Part shown: in pieces, positions 12,127-25,293 of the stretch | Position numbering within the stretch: position 1 is the stretch's first letter | Layout: the number at the start of each line of letters is the position of its first letter | NCBI GenBank assembly: GCA_040357565.1 | Contig: JBDODJ010000002.1 | Strand: one strand, 5' to 3' | DNA: 64,000 nt | Source: Cercozoa sp. M6MM | Taxonomy: Eukaryota > Protista > Endomyxa: Ascetosporea | The notes under the pieces: generated by a model | Told to the model about the DNA's origin: nothing | Seen by the model: only the letters and a program-made list of their open reading frames with translations | Database searches by the model: none | Position numbers and translations under genes: made by a program

Positions 12127-15100
12127 ATGTCCTCCTGGGCAGATGTGTTGCGCAGACGCGAGGAAGGCTCTAATTCTGGTTTCAAACAACAATACTGGGT
12201 CTGAATTGTTTTTATCTCGCTTTTCCGAATGGCTTTTTCGGAGCAGCGAGGAGTCTTCAGTTGCGACACGAGGTTCGACACCAGGTTCGACACCTCGATT
12301 GGAAGCGTGTCGCGCGTGATGGAAAGTTTCCGCTCGCTTTAGAAAACGAGTATGAGGGTACCCTACGCTTCTTTCAGTGTCAGTCGGTGTGGAGAAATGT
12401 TTGCGTTATCCGCATTAGAGGAATACGAGGAGTTCTGCGAAGCACTCGGCATGCTCGTGTGTTGTTGGTTCTTCGGCATCTGCTTGTGTGTTTGATTTTT
12501 TTTTTTATTTTGTATAGTCCGCTGGACTGCGCGATCTCAAGTCGATTGCTCTTGTCGTTTCTCGGTATCTGGTGTTCCGAAAGACTGTTCTTGTCGCTTG
12601 AAGTTTGTTTTTGTGTGCTGCAGGTTAAGTCGGTTTATCTCACTCGAACGTGAGCGAGATCAAGTGGATCCAAGGGAGATGCAAGTTCACGCTCCCGAGG
12701 TGCGCTTTGGAGTTTTATGTGCGTGTATGACTTAAGTACGTCTGTAACCTGTGCGCACAGGCGCCTCAGACGATCTTTACCTTGTGTGCACGTGCGAATC
12801 TTGTTCCTATCACTATGGATTTAATAAAACGTTTCGCTGTTGAGCGCGTCTCGTACTTCCTGTTTACTGCTCCATGTCGCCTCTGCTCTTTAACATCCAT
12901 TGCCATTTTTTTTGTAGTTTCGCGAGGACCCTGGACATGACACAGCGAAACTTTGGCAATGAGATGTACTCTAGATTGAACTGCATTGTTTTCTTTAAAG
13001 ATTTTGCACCACCTGTCTTTTTCAGTTTGGGAGACGAAGCTGATCAGCACGAGATTTCGCGACTTTTCGGCGAATTTGTCCCTTTTTGCTTCGAAGAATT
13101 TTCGATCGATTGTTTTTACATGTATGTCTGCAGGTTGGTCTCGTTTCGTTTGTCGTGGCTCGGACGACTGAAATGGTACACACATACACCCACTTTAGTT
13201 TAAATGTTTCGCACAACGAAGAGCACTGCTGTTTGCAGGGCGGAGCATTTGGACCCGTCGATGATGCTCTCAAACACGCAATTCTTGAGTATCTACTTTA
13301 TCTCGTTTTTTGGAAACGATGATGTGATACAAACACAGATGCACGGTGGGTGGAGGACGCATCAGTTCGGTGCCGCTCGCTGTGTCGGTGTGGATGAAAC
13401 TGGCTACGTTTTTCCCGTATTATTGCTCAGTGTCATACCTTTGGTGTTGATAAAATGTCTTGCTTTTCAGTCAAATATCGGTCGCTGCCGGTCCGTCTGC
13501 TTTGCTCGGAAGGTGCTCTCAGACGATTGACCAGAGTTAATCATGGTTTAATGATTGGTGTGCTTTTTTAGAGTACACGGTGCGCGACTGGACGAGGATA
13601 CTTTCGTGCCGTGTCGTAACGTGCCACTTCGCATGCCGCACGAGCTTGTACAAGAGTCGGCGCACACTGCGTCTCGTGTTGCCAATCGTACAGTCGTTCT
13701 TTTTGTTTTTCGCTTGCCATTCACCCGCGGTTTACACGGACACACACAAACACAGAGTTCGATGCGGCGCTGTCTTTCATTCGAATGCTGCGTGCCGGAA
13801 TGCAAGGCGCCCACCTTGAACAAATGGTGACTCGCAACTCTTATCGAATCTGTGTCATGTGTACTTACGGACTGTTCGTATTCTTTTAACAGATGATGCA
13901 GCTCCGTGATCATGTGCTGTCGCCACTGGAGACACAGGCTATTCTGGAGGTCGGTCTCAACGTGCTTACTCAACCGCCACAAGAAGCTTTTGCTGCTCTG
14001 GTATGTTTCGGAAGTTTGACTGTATGGCTGAGAAATCAAGCTTGACATTCAACTTGACATTGCAAAACACACAGATTCGCCCGCGCACACCGTCGCTGGC
14101 ACGTGCCATGACGGTTGCGGCGCGTGCACATGGCTTCACTGACCTGGAAGAGCTGGACGCAGCCAACGAGGACGCTGTCGCCGAAGAGTCGCTGCTGGAG
14201 GCCATGGACAACACAGACGCAGTGTTTCACTTGCCACATGTGCCTAGTGATCGTGAGTGGTTCCTGCGACTGCGGCGGTTGGCGCGTTTCCTGCCACGTG
14301 GTGCTGAACATTTCGCCACTCAGGTAAACTCCCAGTTGTCTGGCTGACTCTAGGTTATCTGGATATTCGTGCAGGCACTCCGCAACCTGCCAGAGCCACA
14401 GAACTGGGCCGAGTGTGACCGCAACCTTGTGGATTTGCTCATTCGTGGGTACCTCGGTTTCACTTTGCTTAGTGTATTTACCGTGTGCGTAGCGCATTGA
14501 CAGAATACACGCCCGGCATGCCGCTGTCACGCGTTCTGTCGTACAACCCCCATTATGCAACCAACACATCCTTTTGTATTGTGCTGTGGTACGTCTAGTG
14601 CCGTCTCGTTGACTCGTCTGTCGGAAGCGCTGCGACTGCGAGCGCCTGACATTTCTGTTTTTGCGCCACGCAATGCTCGGGTAAGCGGATCTGATTTTAG
14701 TTTTTGCGTCGCTCTTTTATTGCGAATGTTTCCCAGCAACTGGCCCAAGCGATCGCTGTCGACAGAGCGCATGTGTTTGAACATGGTATGGGTTTCTTCT
14801 TGAAGGTTCTTTCAGTTTCTGATAGTTGCTTAGTGATGGACGAATTCGCATTTTTCAATCGGTAATACCTTCTCCCAGTTGTGTCAAAGCTACGTTTTAG
14901 AAATATATGTGACCTGTATCGCTACCTTAGTCAAATTGAGGCGCTGAATTTGATCTCGCGTGTGGCCGGTATCAGATTCAGCTGTTTTGGCATCATGTCG
15001 AAAGCGTGACTGTGTGCGAGCAGAAGATGAAGCACGAGACGTCAATACTTGGCTGAAAATTCTCTGCGGCACTTTGGATCCGTACACTCGTTTTTAAAGA

Positions 15101-18100
15101 AAACTAAAACAGGGGAGGGGGGCATTCTGTTTGGCTGTAGTGACGACACACGCGTGCAGTTTGCACTGCGTGTGTTCCTGCTGCCGGACTGCATTGTGAC
15201 TCGCGACAACAAAACTATCGCACTCTCTGTTGGCCGACGACTTTTGGTAAAATCGATTTCTGCTTCATGCAGGTTTGCTTGGTATTTTGCCGAATTTTGC
15301 TGAGTGTAGGATCAACTGGATGTGCCAGCAATGGTTTCCATACTTGTGCGCAAAGTCGTCTGGGCAGGCGAGCCGCGGCACCGGTCGCTTTGCCGGCGTG
15401 AAGATGGTGCTTCGTTTCTAGCTTTCTCCCAGTCATATTTGTAATTTTTCGTTCCTAACTTAGGCAACGTCCGCGCGGACGCACCAATCAATTTGGGTTC
15501 TGACGATTTCATCAGGACAGTTGGTCTGCGGCGGCATTTTGACGACACAGATCGTGCCAGAGGTGTGCAGCCGTGCCTTTTTTCTCTTTCTTTGTTGTGG
15601 ACACGATTGTACTTTGAGCAGACCTGCTGGGCGCATTGCGAGTGCAGATTTTGCGCACCATGGTTTCGTTGCTGGACCGGTAATGTTATGCGCTTTTGTT
15701 CGCTTGTTGGTTTTGAGAGACACCTTCTGCACACAGTTGCGCGACGAGCGACAAGTTGCCGCGAGAACTGCTGTGTTCGGATCGGTTTGCTGACTCTGGT
15801 TTGTTCAGCTGTTTGTTTTGATGCGCGTGTGTGTGTGTGTCCTTTGATCCTGCACGTTTCTTTGTTGAGCAGCGCTGGGTTCGCTGTTGCTGATGCTCGT
15901 GACTGAGTCACGACACAACGCGGTATCCTTTGTTTCAGAGTGTTTGTTGTAACGTTGTCAATATACGTCTTGTTTTTCAGGTGATCGAAGGACCTTGGAG
16001 CATGTACCGATCGCTCGATCGTGAACGAATGTACTTCAAACACGTTTTCGCGTTGCGTTGGTTATGCCCGATAACCCTTACAGGACTGTTGAGGAGGAAC
16101 ATTATGCTGAACTTCCAACAGCGGTGTCTTTTGCTTTAAAGCCTTAAATTCTTGCTTTGTATGCATGCACTGTAGTTCCCGTCTGTGGCACTTGCCGGAG
16201 CCTGTCGCTTCTGGATTGTCGCCTCACTGGTTTTTTGGGCTTTCCTGGTTGTCGATTTAGGTTTTTCAGGATTTTTGGACTTAACCACAGGACGTGGCGC
16301 TGCGTAGACGAGTCGATGGTGCCGCAGACGCCGAGTTGTTTCAAGTCCTTGCCGAAAACGGGGTTTGACTTGCGTTGAGTGCAGTTTGTGTGCTGTTGTA
16401 TTTTTGTGGGTTTGGCAGGTTTCGGACCTGCTGCGCCGCGAGTTGTTGTGGGAGTTCTGGCGACTTGAGAGGTCAGTTGGATTATATTGCTGCGTATAGT
16501 ATTGTTGAGTTGCTATCACGCGTGCGCTAAGCAGGAGGTGTCGTGTGGTGTGGCATCACAACCTCGTTGTTGAAGCGAGCGGCGGGAAGAAGTGCAGCGA
16601 CTATGCTGGTACACACATGCATCAGGGAAGTGAAATGCATTGGAACCAACCTCGTAGGCGAGTCCACATGGGCGCGCTGGCTGCGCACGCCGGTGTGGCC
16701 ACTGTCGGACGAGTGGCAGAAATCCCCGGCTGATGTGCGAGCGCGAGTGTTGCGTTTCCATCCGGAGTTTGATACTGTGGTATCCATCGCTTTTGCATTC
16801 GCGTGGACACTCGTTCTTTTATTATTTATATCTTTATAGAGAAACGGTGAGCGCGTGGACCCACTCGCACACTTTGACAGGTATCCCCCCCCCCCGCGCG
16901 CGCTATCGATCTTCATCCCTCTGCGTTGTCTCAGCGACCAGGTGGCGCGACTCAACGCCGACGAAAACAACAACAACGATGAAAATAACAGCGGAAGCAG
17001 CGAGAATCGCGTGGAGGACGAATTCGCACCATACGACGAGCTCTTCGATGTGCACGAGCGTCCAGTCACACCAGCGTATCGTCGCGCTTTTCTTCGTTTT
17101 TTGTTTTTTTTTTGTTACTTGTGTTGTGTTTTTTGTGTGACCAGTCAGTGTGTGTTTGTGGTAGTCCGCAAGAGGATCGCCGCGAACTGCGTGCGGCCGA
17201 AGAGGTCTCCATTCCTATTTGTTGGTCTTTGTTTTAAACTTTTAACGCCCTCTGATGACTCGCAGATGTGCGTGCTAATGCACGGCCACATTCGTAGTGG
17301 TGTGGAAGAGCACGGCATCTACGAACGCGAGATGAGTCGGTACAGCCTTTTTGATTTGTACACATGGGTAGTTGTTTCAAGGACATGTGGGCAGACCCTA
17401 CTTGCAACGTTTGTTCGACGTGGTTGCTCAATGTACTTCCTGTTACACCTTTGTGTTTGTTACTTTCAATCCTACCCCTACTGCAGTGCTGCGACACACT
17501 CCGCAACTCGAGTTCGCCGAATCCTTCCTGCATGACGTGTTTGCCGACATGCATCACAGTGTAAATTTATTACCCATCACCCATGCAATTCATGTTACCC
17601 CCTTCCAGGTGCGTCTGCCACCGCACTCGCGTCGTTTGCGTCGCCTGTGCCGCCGTGTGTGTCGTACGTTGAACACATACTGTCGCAAACACACACGCGC
17701 GCGCGCGCCACACACACGCTTGGTATTAAACGTGTTTATTTGGACAGATGGCATCGCGCAGGAGGCCGACGATCTCGACCGCAACTTGCGCAATCCGGTC
17801 GGCCGGCGCTTGGTACTTTGTTTACTCTCTACTCCAAAATGCGTCCATAATACCTAACACCAACATAGGGCGAGGACGTGCGCGCCTTGATTCGCGGTAG
17901 TCCGCGCGGACCGCTGCCTTCCGCGTGGACGGACGAATACGCCCGGCGACATGAGACTGAAGAAAGCGGCACCGAAATCCCGCTCGATTTCGACGATGAC
18001 GAGTTCGCCGAGTTCGATGCGCTCGACCCCGAGGTTCACGAGGAATGGCGCGAGGCGCTTGACGAGCGTAGTTTTCTTGGTTTTTGTTGTAAAGGGAAGT

Positions 18101-19043
18101 ATGAGGTTTGCGTGCGTGTGTGCGTGTGTGTGTGCAGTTGGCTACGACGGTGCCGCGCTTTTCCTGTACCGGTGTGCCGACGGAACGGTAGCTTGCTTTA
18201 CCGATTTGGTACTTTGAATGTTGACACCACCTTTTGTGGTTAGGTCGACACGGCCGTCTTCCTGCAGTCGGCGTACGTTGGATTAATTTAGAACCCGGGT
18301 AGTAAATGCATTGTGTGTGTGTCTGTCTGTGTGTGTGTGTGTGCCTTCCAGATTCGAATTGTGCGCCGAGCGGCCGCTGCTGTGCATTGAGAGGTACCTC
18401 TCTGGTGCTGCACCATGACGGTATGTGTATTATAGTGTTGTGTGCTCAGCCAGGAGTTCCGACAGCAAGCAATGCAGCGACGCGAACGAAGCGGCGTATT
18501 GTTCGCTTTGACGAGTGCCACGATACGGCATGCCTTTTTCCAGGTACCTTGGTCTGAATAGAAGAGTAAGAAGCAAGGGATTGACTGACTTGTGTGCAGG
18601 CCTCGGTGCGCGACCTGCGACCCAGCACACTTGGCAACGACAACCTGTGCGTTCTGTCGTCGCTGCTGGTATGTCCTTCCACCCGAATCGTGTTCTTTTT
18701 TCACACGTACAACTCTCAGGTCATGCTGTACTGCTTCCCGTCCACGAGTGCCGACGAGTACGTGCGTCGCTGGCTTGTAGACGACTGGGCGCGTGCGTGT
18801 GACGAGGAAACGCGAGGCGCGCTGCCATGCCGCCTGGCGACGCCCGACTTCCGTCCGCGGCAAGAGGCGGCACGTCACATGCTCGCCGTGCTTACCTTCT
18901 GGGCGGCGCATTTCGCCACGACGCCGCGCGAGGAACGCTCGCGTCGGCGTCGCTGCGGCAACGTTCCGCTCGACTGCATGTTGCAGGTGCTCGACGATCT
19001 GCAGCGCGCCTTCCGCGTGCATGCACTTGGCATGTCCGGCTAG
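12127..19043 (+). CDS. TRPC4AP/TRUSS-like protein (putative CRL4/DDB1 substrate receptor), heavily intron-split
   Basis: Three segments resemble TRPC4AP blocks recalled from memory: ALRVQILRTMVSLLD (cf. LKIQFLRLLQSFSD), PSTLGNDNLCVLSSLL|VMLY (cf. QTLTQENVSCLNTSLVILM) and C-terminal LAVLTFWAAHF...VPLDCMLQVLDDL (cf. LLRFWQQHY...ISFSYWKETVSIL). Confidence 0.6.
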
Positions 19044-19538
19044 CTTCTGTCCGCTGCGTGGTGTGTGTAGTAGACAGTATCTCGTTCAATGCGTATTGTA
19101 GTGTTAGTTCGCTTAGCGTAAGTAGACCACTGTTGGCCGCGTGCACAAACTACCACCTTCGAAAGTGAGCAATCGAATCAGAAAAACAAAACTCTTGGCT
19201 GCCACAAGTCAGTTGTTATCTCTAAGGTGACCTGCAAAAGTACCAGAAACACCAGAGAGCGCCTATAATAACGAACGGTAGATCTACTGTGCGACCGTAC
19301 CGTACGGCGATTGAACCAAACATTACTACAGTGCCGACACGACCGCGCGCTTCACTCAACGCAACGAATATTCGCAGCGCAAGCTCGGGTTTAATTTTAA
19401 CATACGCATACGATACATTGGTCCGGTATGGTAACTCGAGTAACTCGAACTCGAACGCAATATGTTCCCACCGCGTCATAGAACGCTTTCGCACGCCGCA
19501 TTGCGTCGCATCACGTCAAAACATACATATGTGCACTG

Positions 19539-22036
19539 TCACGTGCAGCACTTGGAGTTTTTGGACGACGAGCAACTCACACAGCTGTCGTCCGCACAGT
19601 TGCCGAGTACCTACAGCGATATCAAACCTCGAAATATAGCAACATTTAAGTCGAGCAAGAATGCAATACCGTTGTCAATTGTTTTCGCAATGCTCGCACC
19701 TCATTTTGCACCTATCAAAAGCAATAACAGCCGTAACATGATACTTATCATCACACTGGAGAACTAAAAAAAAAGAAGGAGACTTGAAGTTGAAGTTTAC
19801 CAACGGCGAAGCAACTGACTCCGAATGTCGCAACGCTCGAGAGACATGCGATCCACCTTCGAAACACATACAGGTACACCGTTTTCTCTCTTGAAATTGG
19901 TGTAAAGCAAAATTACACGCAGCCGAAAGTCGTTCCAGAGGCGAAGCCAGCAGCAGCAGAGTTAGCGTTTCCCTCCCTGTACACCAGTGCTAGCAAGAAC
20001 ACAACTTACCGCTACGTTGAGCGGTACCAAAACGTCGTGCCGAAATAGAGCGCCAGAAGGACGCGTCCTCACTGTCGTTTTCTTCGGTGGCGAGATGAGA
20101 AACAACACGATCCACATGCGCGTAGAACGGCAGCTCACGCACGCCAGCAGTCAACTCTACAACAACGTCAGTATTACTATAAGTTCTAAAAAGACAACCA
20201 CAGGTACCTTCGACCAGTGACCTGAAGCGCGGTTTCAGCACTTCCATTTCTTCTGCATACGCGCAGACACGATTCTTGACCCCCACAAAAGCATTTTAAT
20301 GATACTTAAACCGCAATACCATCGGTCGTGCAAAACTCGGCCACACAGGTTTCCATCGCACGCAAGAATTCTTTTGGCACCTGCAGCAAGTTTCCAAACT
20401 GGTGCAACAAGAGTGCCTTTATTAAAACTTGAATAACTCACCTGTCGGGCAAAACAATCAACAAAGTAGCCAACGTCTTGATTCTAAACACAATGCGTGC
20501 ATTTTAGTTCAAGAAAACAGCAAGAAAAGCACCGAAGCTTACATCAGAGCATTCGCAGCTGTTGCAAGATCCACAAATTTCTGGTGGCTCAATCTGTTGC
20601 TGGACTGTCCAAACGAAAAACTGAATCGTCTCGACAAAGCTCAAGTTCAAAAACGGAAAAGTACAGAAACGGCGCGTTTTTCTCAGCGCAGATGTGTCGA
20701 AGCCTAAAGAAGCAATGCGATCATTTCCTCTGAAGGAGAGTCAAGATTATCAGGACTACCTTTTCGAAGCGAGAACACAAAGAGCACAGAAGTCTGTACA
20801 CGCGAAAACATGCGTTTAGAAATACACAGCATATAGTAGATGGTACTGCTTCACGCTCCTCACTGCCCGGTGATTCACATGCCGCCTTGCGCAGTGTCAT
20901 CCATCCGCGCGGTTTGTTGGTGGCCGGGTCATGTCGAATCATTGCACTGCATCGAATAAAACTCAAGAGCACTCGCATACATTAAAGCACAAACAAAACA
21001 AAACAAAAATGAAAAGATGAGTACCGGTACAATTCCGGCAGTGGAATCCAGTGCGGAGGCAGCTTAAAACGTGCCGTGTCCAAGATGAGAACGCGATCCG
21101 AGTCGCTGTGATAACCAGCCACAGGCGAAAAGTGACCGTCACCGGACTGATTGAGAGCTTGACGACTGTAGGACACCACGAGGAACTGCTCCTGCTGGCG
21201 GCACAATCGTCGCACCAGTTCGCGGAATTGCGAGCTACAATAAACTTGGGGTTGGAGCTTTGCAGTTTGGGTGCCTTATTTTAAATCCATTTTACATGGC
21301 GGGATGGTCGTCAGGAATGTCAACAACGTCGGCGGCGTGGCTGCCGTGGACGTCGACGCCGTTGCATCTGGCCAAACCTTGGAAAAGCAAAGTACCAACG
21401 AATTCACACTATGGTCTGAGAGTGCTTTAGTAAAAACAAAGGTACAGGCAAGTTTGTCGAACGTAATACCGCGTTTTTTAATCACTTCGAGCGGCTCGCA
21501 GCTGCAAAAACACCAAAAATGAAAGAAATGCACCAAAGGTACTCTAACAGAAAAACAGACTGACCAGTCAAGCATGTCCTCAGAAAAATGTCTCCATCCA
21601 CCCTTCCAAATACGACCCGGGTCAATCTTTAGTGCATTTAGCACTGTCACCTGTGTTGGCACACACACCAAAATGCAACCCTCTTTTCCAATCGATCTAA
21701 ATTTAGACTGCGGGGGAAATACCAAAGTCGACAGGCCACAGAAAGCGGGTTCGTCCTGCGTCCGGAACTGTTCCGCCAGTGGAAAATATACTTGCATTTC
21801 GCCTTGTTGAAGTGCCTCTCGGAACAGCTTGATTCCGGCCTCACTGGAGACTAATATGACATAGAAATCATGGCGGTCGCTCTCGGCAAGCGAAGGACTA
21901 CATACACGCAACAGCAGGCTCCGGCAAGATACGGCGGTGGAAACTGCGCAAAGGCCATTCCGACGCATGGACCTGCGGCATTCAATTCCATTGGCTTTGC
22001 GACGACACAAAGAAAAAGGTACTGCACCTCGGACAT
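19539..22036 (-). CDS. PCS: Phytochelatin synthase (glutathione gamma-glutamylcysteinyltransferase), full-length eukaryotic type; possible upstream start at 22108
   Basis: [25 protein letters not shown] (catalytic Cys), [26 protein letters not shown]|[17 protein letters not shown] (His), [14 protein letters not shown] (Asp), [10 protein letters not shown]-terminal domain blocks [10 protein letters not shown] and [12 protein letters not shown], plus a Cys-rich tail. Confidence 0.95.
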
Positions 22037-22453
22037 GATGGCTTGAGAAAATCTTCGAACCGCACCTGAAATGCCAAGATTGCGAGCTCTAAGCACTATA
22101 GTGTGCATATACACCCCTAAACACAGTGTAGAATGCGTGTTATTTGGCGGAAATGGCTTTTTCTGGAGCATCATGTAAAGATGATATCAGATGATGATAA
22201 GGGAAGATTCTATTGTTCCCGTAAAAATCGCGTATTCCTTCTATACACGTGCTTTAGTACACTAAAACACAGCAAGTATAACATTTTATTGATTTTAAAA
22301 TAACAAAAAGCTCTCCAGAGCCTTACGGCATCCTGACTGATTTTTCCCCCAACACTACACTGCACTCTGCCAATTGACGTCACGGATACCGTCAAACACG
22401 AGTAGCAGTGTGCTTGTGCTTTTTCTTTTGTATCTTGGGCGTCTAATCTCACA

Positions 22454-23094
22454 ATGGCGGCGGTAAAGTTTGCATTTTGCATTTTGGCTGAGCATGATTC
22501 GAGTGGCGTGGTTCCGCAGACTCTTTGGACGCTGGAGGCGTACGTCCTTATCCCTGTGGCGGTGGTGCTACTGCTCGTGTTGCAGCTGTGCCCGCTGTCG
22601 CTGCAGCGGTACCTGCTAAAGGGTATTCGCGGTAAAGACTGGTCATAATCGTTGCTACAGAATAGTTCATGGCAAACGAAGGTGGAATGTTGTTGTAGGT
22701 CTCCTTTGGAGTCGTCTCGGCTTCCTTCCGATGCCATTGCTGCACTGTCTGTTCTCCGTTTTGACGCTTGTGCTCGGTGTCTCGTCGTTCGAGTCCTACA
22801 GAATTACTAGCAAGCCCGTTTCCGATGTACTTGAAGGTAAAGGCGTTGTTTTTCTCTCGGATGCTTCTCGTGTGCTCCTTTGTATCCGTGCGGACGGTAG
22901 GCATCACGGAACGTCACCGTGCCAAGGTTTGGCGCGCGCAGCGCAACCTGTACCTGACGGCGCTCACCTTCGTGCTGTGGTGGATGGTGTTCTCCGTGTA
23001 CCGGTACGACATGCAGCTCCAGCTGCTGCGTGACCGACTCGACGTCGCGCAGGCTGACTCGCGCAAGACGCCCATCGACAAGAAGAACGATTAA
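22454..23094 (+). CDS. BCAP31: BAP31/BAP29 family ER membrane protein
   Basis: Three TM helices, RAQRNLYLTALTFVLWWMV signature, short coiled coil, C-terminal KKND ER-retrieval motif. Confidence 0.9.
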
Positions 23095-23439
23095 GTTAAC
23101 TCGACTCATATGCAAGAGGTAATTAAATCCCAACGACTTGCATGTGCAATGGCGTGATACGAGATCCCTTTTGGCACAGACATGCGATGCACGTACGCGT
23201 GTACACCGCAGCGCACTCGCAGGCGAGGCCGGCCAGTCGAGTTCGCGTCCGGTCGATTAAATTTAAGCACGCGAATCGAGTTAAACTAACGTAACTGAGC
23301 GTACGTGTTGCTGGCGCGGCATTTCGTTTTGCCGTGCCACAGAATCAATATGCGATGACTAGAGCTGAAGTATGACTGCTGTCTTGCGTTGGCACGTTTG
23401 TCACCAGACACTGGAAATACAGGCAGTACAGTGCCAGGC

Positions 23440-24390
23440 TGGACAGGATTCAGATAGAGTCGACATTGACGCGCACGTTTATGCAGTGCAGCAGACTCTC
23501 TTCGGGAGCGTCGAGGCTCGCGTCGTCGCGGAAGGTGAGCTTTGGTGTCTGTGTCTGTGGCAAACACATACATGGATGACGATACGATAGGAGGTACATA
23601 AAAACACTACAGGTATATTTACCTGAGCTACGACGCGTCGATTGGCATCCTCGGGATCAAGGCTAACGGTTTCGATCATCTGCGTGCAGGCTGCACCAGC
23701 ACAGGCCTCGAGCTCCTCGCCGGCAACGGATGTACGTGTGTTCACGGTGCCTTGCTCTAGATCGCACGCGCTTTCTGAGTGAAGTGTTTTGTAAACGTGC
23801 AAGCTATAGCCACATTAGCAATGATGGAAATCACCTTGCTGCGCACTCTCAAGTGAGCTTCGATGCAGCTCTGCTTCGGCGAGGTTCGTCGAGTCATCCG
23901 ACAACTAAAATAACGGAAGAAAACATGAAGTTTGGTTTCGACACTGGAGGAAGCGAGCTGGACAGACCTTGTTCGTTAATCGACGCTGTTTCTTTTGCTG
24001 CATCACGCGACGTCGTACGCGGTTGTTTTCGTGGTCAACGCTGGGAAGTGAAGGGGACAACCATATCGACGCCAGCGTCGTGATGACGAACAGACCGCCA
24101 ATGACGGCTCTACAAACTTAAGCACTCCGAACTGCTTGCCAAAATATGGTTCGGGTAAGTTACGCTGCGAGAATGGCGCGTCCAACAAGGCTACCAGTAC
24201 CACAATCATCATAAACGTGAAAAAGAGACGACTGCTTCTTGATACCCTAGTGTCGACATGGACGTCACTGCAGGCACACCCGGGGACACAACGTTCTGTC
24301 AACTCCTTCGAAGCGTTGGCACGTGCGATCCGGCACGTCATGGTGACGTGCGCTTTTTCCTGACAGTCGTTCGGACTTGACGCGTCTTAC
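23440..24390 (-). CDS. Hypothetical protein with two predicted TM helices
   Basis: Spliceable segments LFFTFMMIVVLVALL and AVIGGLFVITTLASIWL; boundaries uncertain. Confidence 0.35.
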
Positions 24391-24460
24391 ATCATTGTCG
24401 CACAATAGTTAGACTCCCTCCTGGGAGCTGGTAAATAATTAGACGGTGTTTGATCGAAAA

Positions 24461-25293
24461 ATGAGAGTGCTATTCAATTTGACGATTGCACTTATCGTGT
24501 GCACTTCGGAAGCCGCCCAAACTGGTAAACTGATCAATCGACCACTCACTGAACTGAACTGATGGAACCTTTGAAAGCAATTTTTGATCTAACTGGGAAA
24601 TGTGAAGCAGAGTTTCAAACAGTGACTCTAGATCTAACGACGACACCAACTGCAACTGTCGCCGACCAACATGACAGCACTAACACCAAAGTACTGGACA
24701 CCGTGCTTTCTGCTTTGACGCGACAGGACGATGCCACACGCAAGCAAGAGGATATCGACTTTCAAGTGGATGCCTTGGAGTCTGGTGCACTTCAACTTTG
24801 GTTTCCGCCTACTTTTTCGTATCCGACGGGAAGTTTTGGTAGCTTCGTCGACATGTCTGTATGCAGGCATCGAACACGTGCTGCAAGTGAATCCAATGGC
24901 TGAGTTGCACCATGGCACTCTGCGACGACGCCGACACACACCATGTAAGATGTGGCTGCATGATCGGGTCTGTTTTCTCGATCACTGAGCTTGCACGTAA
25001 ATTAAATTTACTGTAGCCGAGATGGTAACGACAGCAGTGAAGACTGAAATACGAGCGGCAAAACAGGAAGTCCAGCGCGAGTACAACCGACGACCGGTCG
25101 CATGTGTTTCAGTTGCAACTCTCACCCTCTTTACGGTAATCAATTTTATAAATTTACAATTTACTTCTGCCCTCGATGTTTCTTTCCATATCAGCACCGG
25201 ACCTTCTCTCATTTTGTGCAGTACGCAGCGATGACTTACTGGTCGGTTCTACTCGGCACCTGGCTGGGTTCTTCATTGCGGCGGCCGTACTGA
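24461..25293 (+). CDS. Hypothetical protein with short coiled coil and C-terminal hydrophobic anchor
   Basis: Exons MEPLKAIFDL...VDALESG, TEIRAAKQEVQREYNRR...TLTLFT and YAAMTYWSVLLGTWLG...*. Confidence 0.35.

Noticed and set aside
12265-12298. ggttcga motifs suggesting a tRNA T-loop
   Set aside because: A 12-bp tandem repeat (acac[g/c]aggttcg) with no cloverleaf arms.
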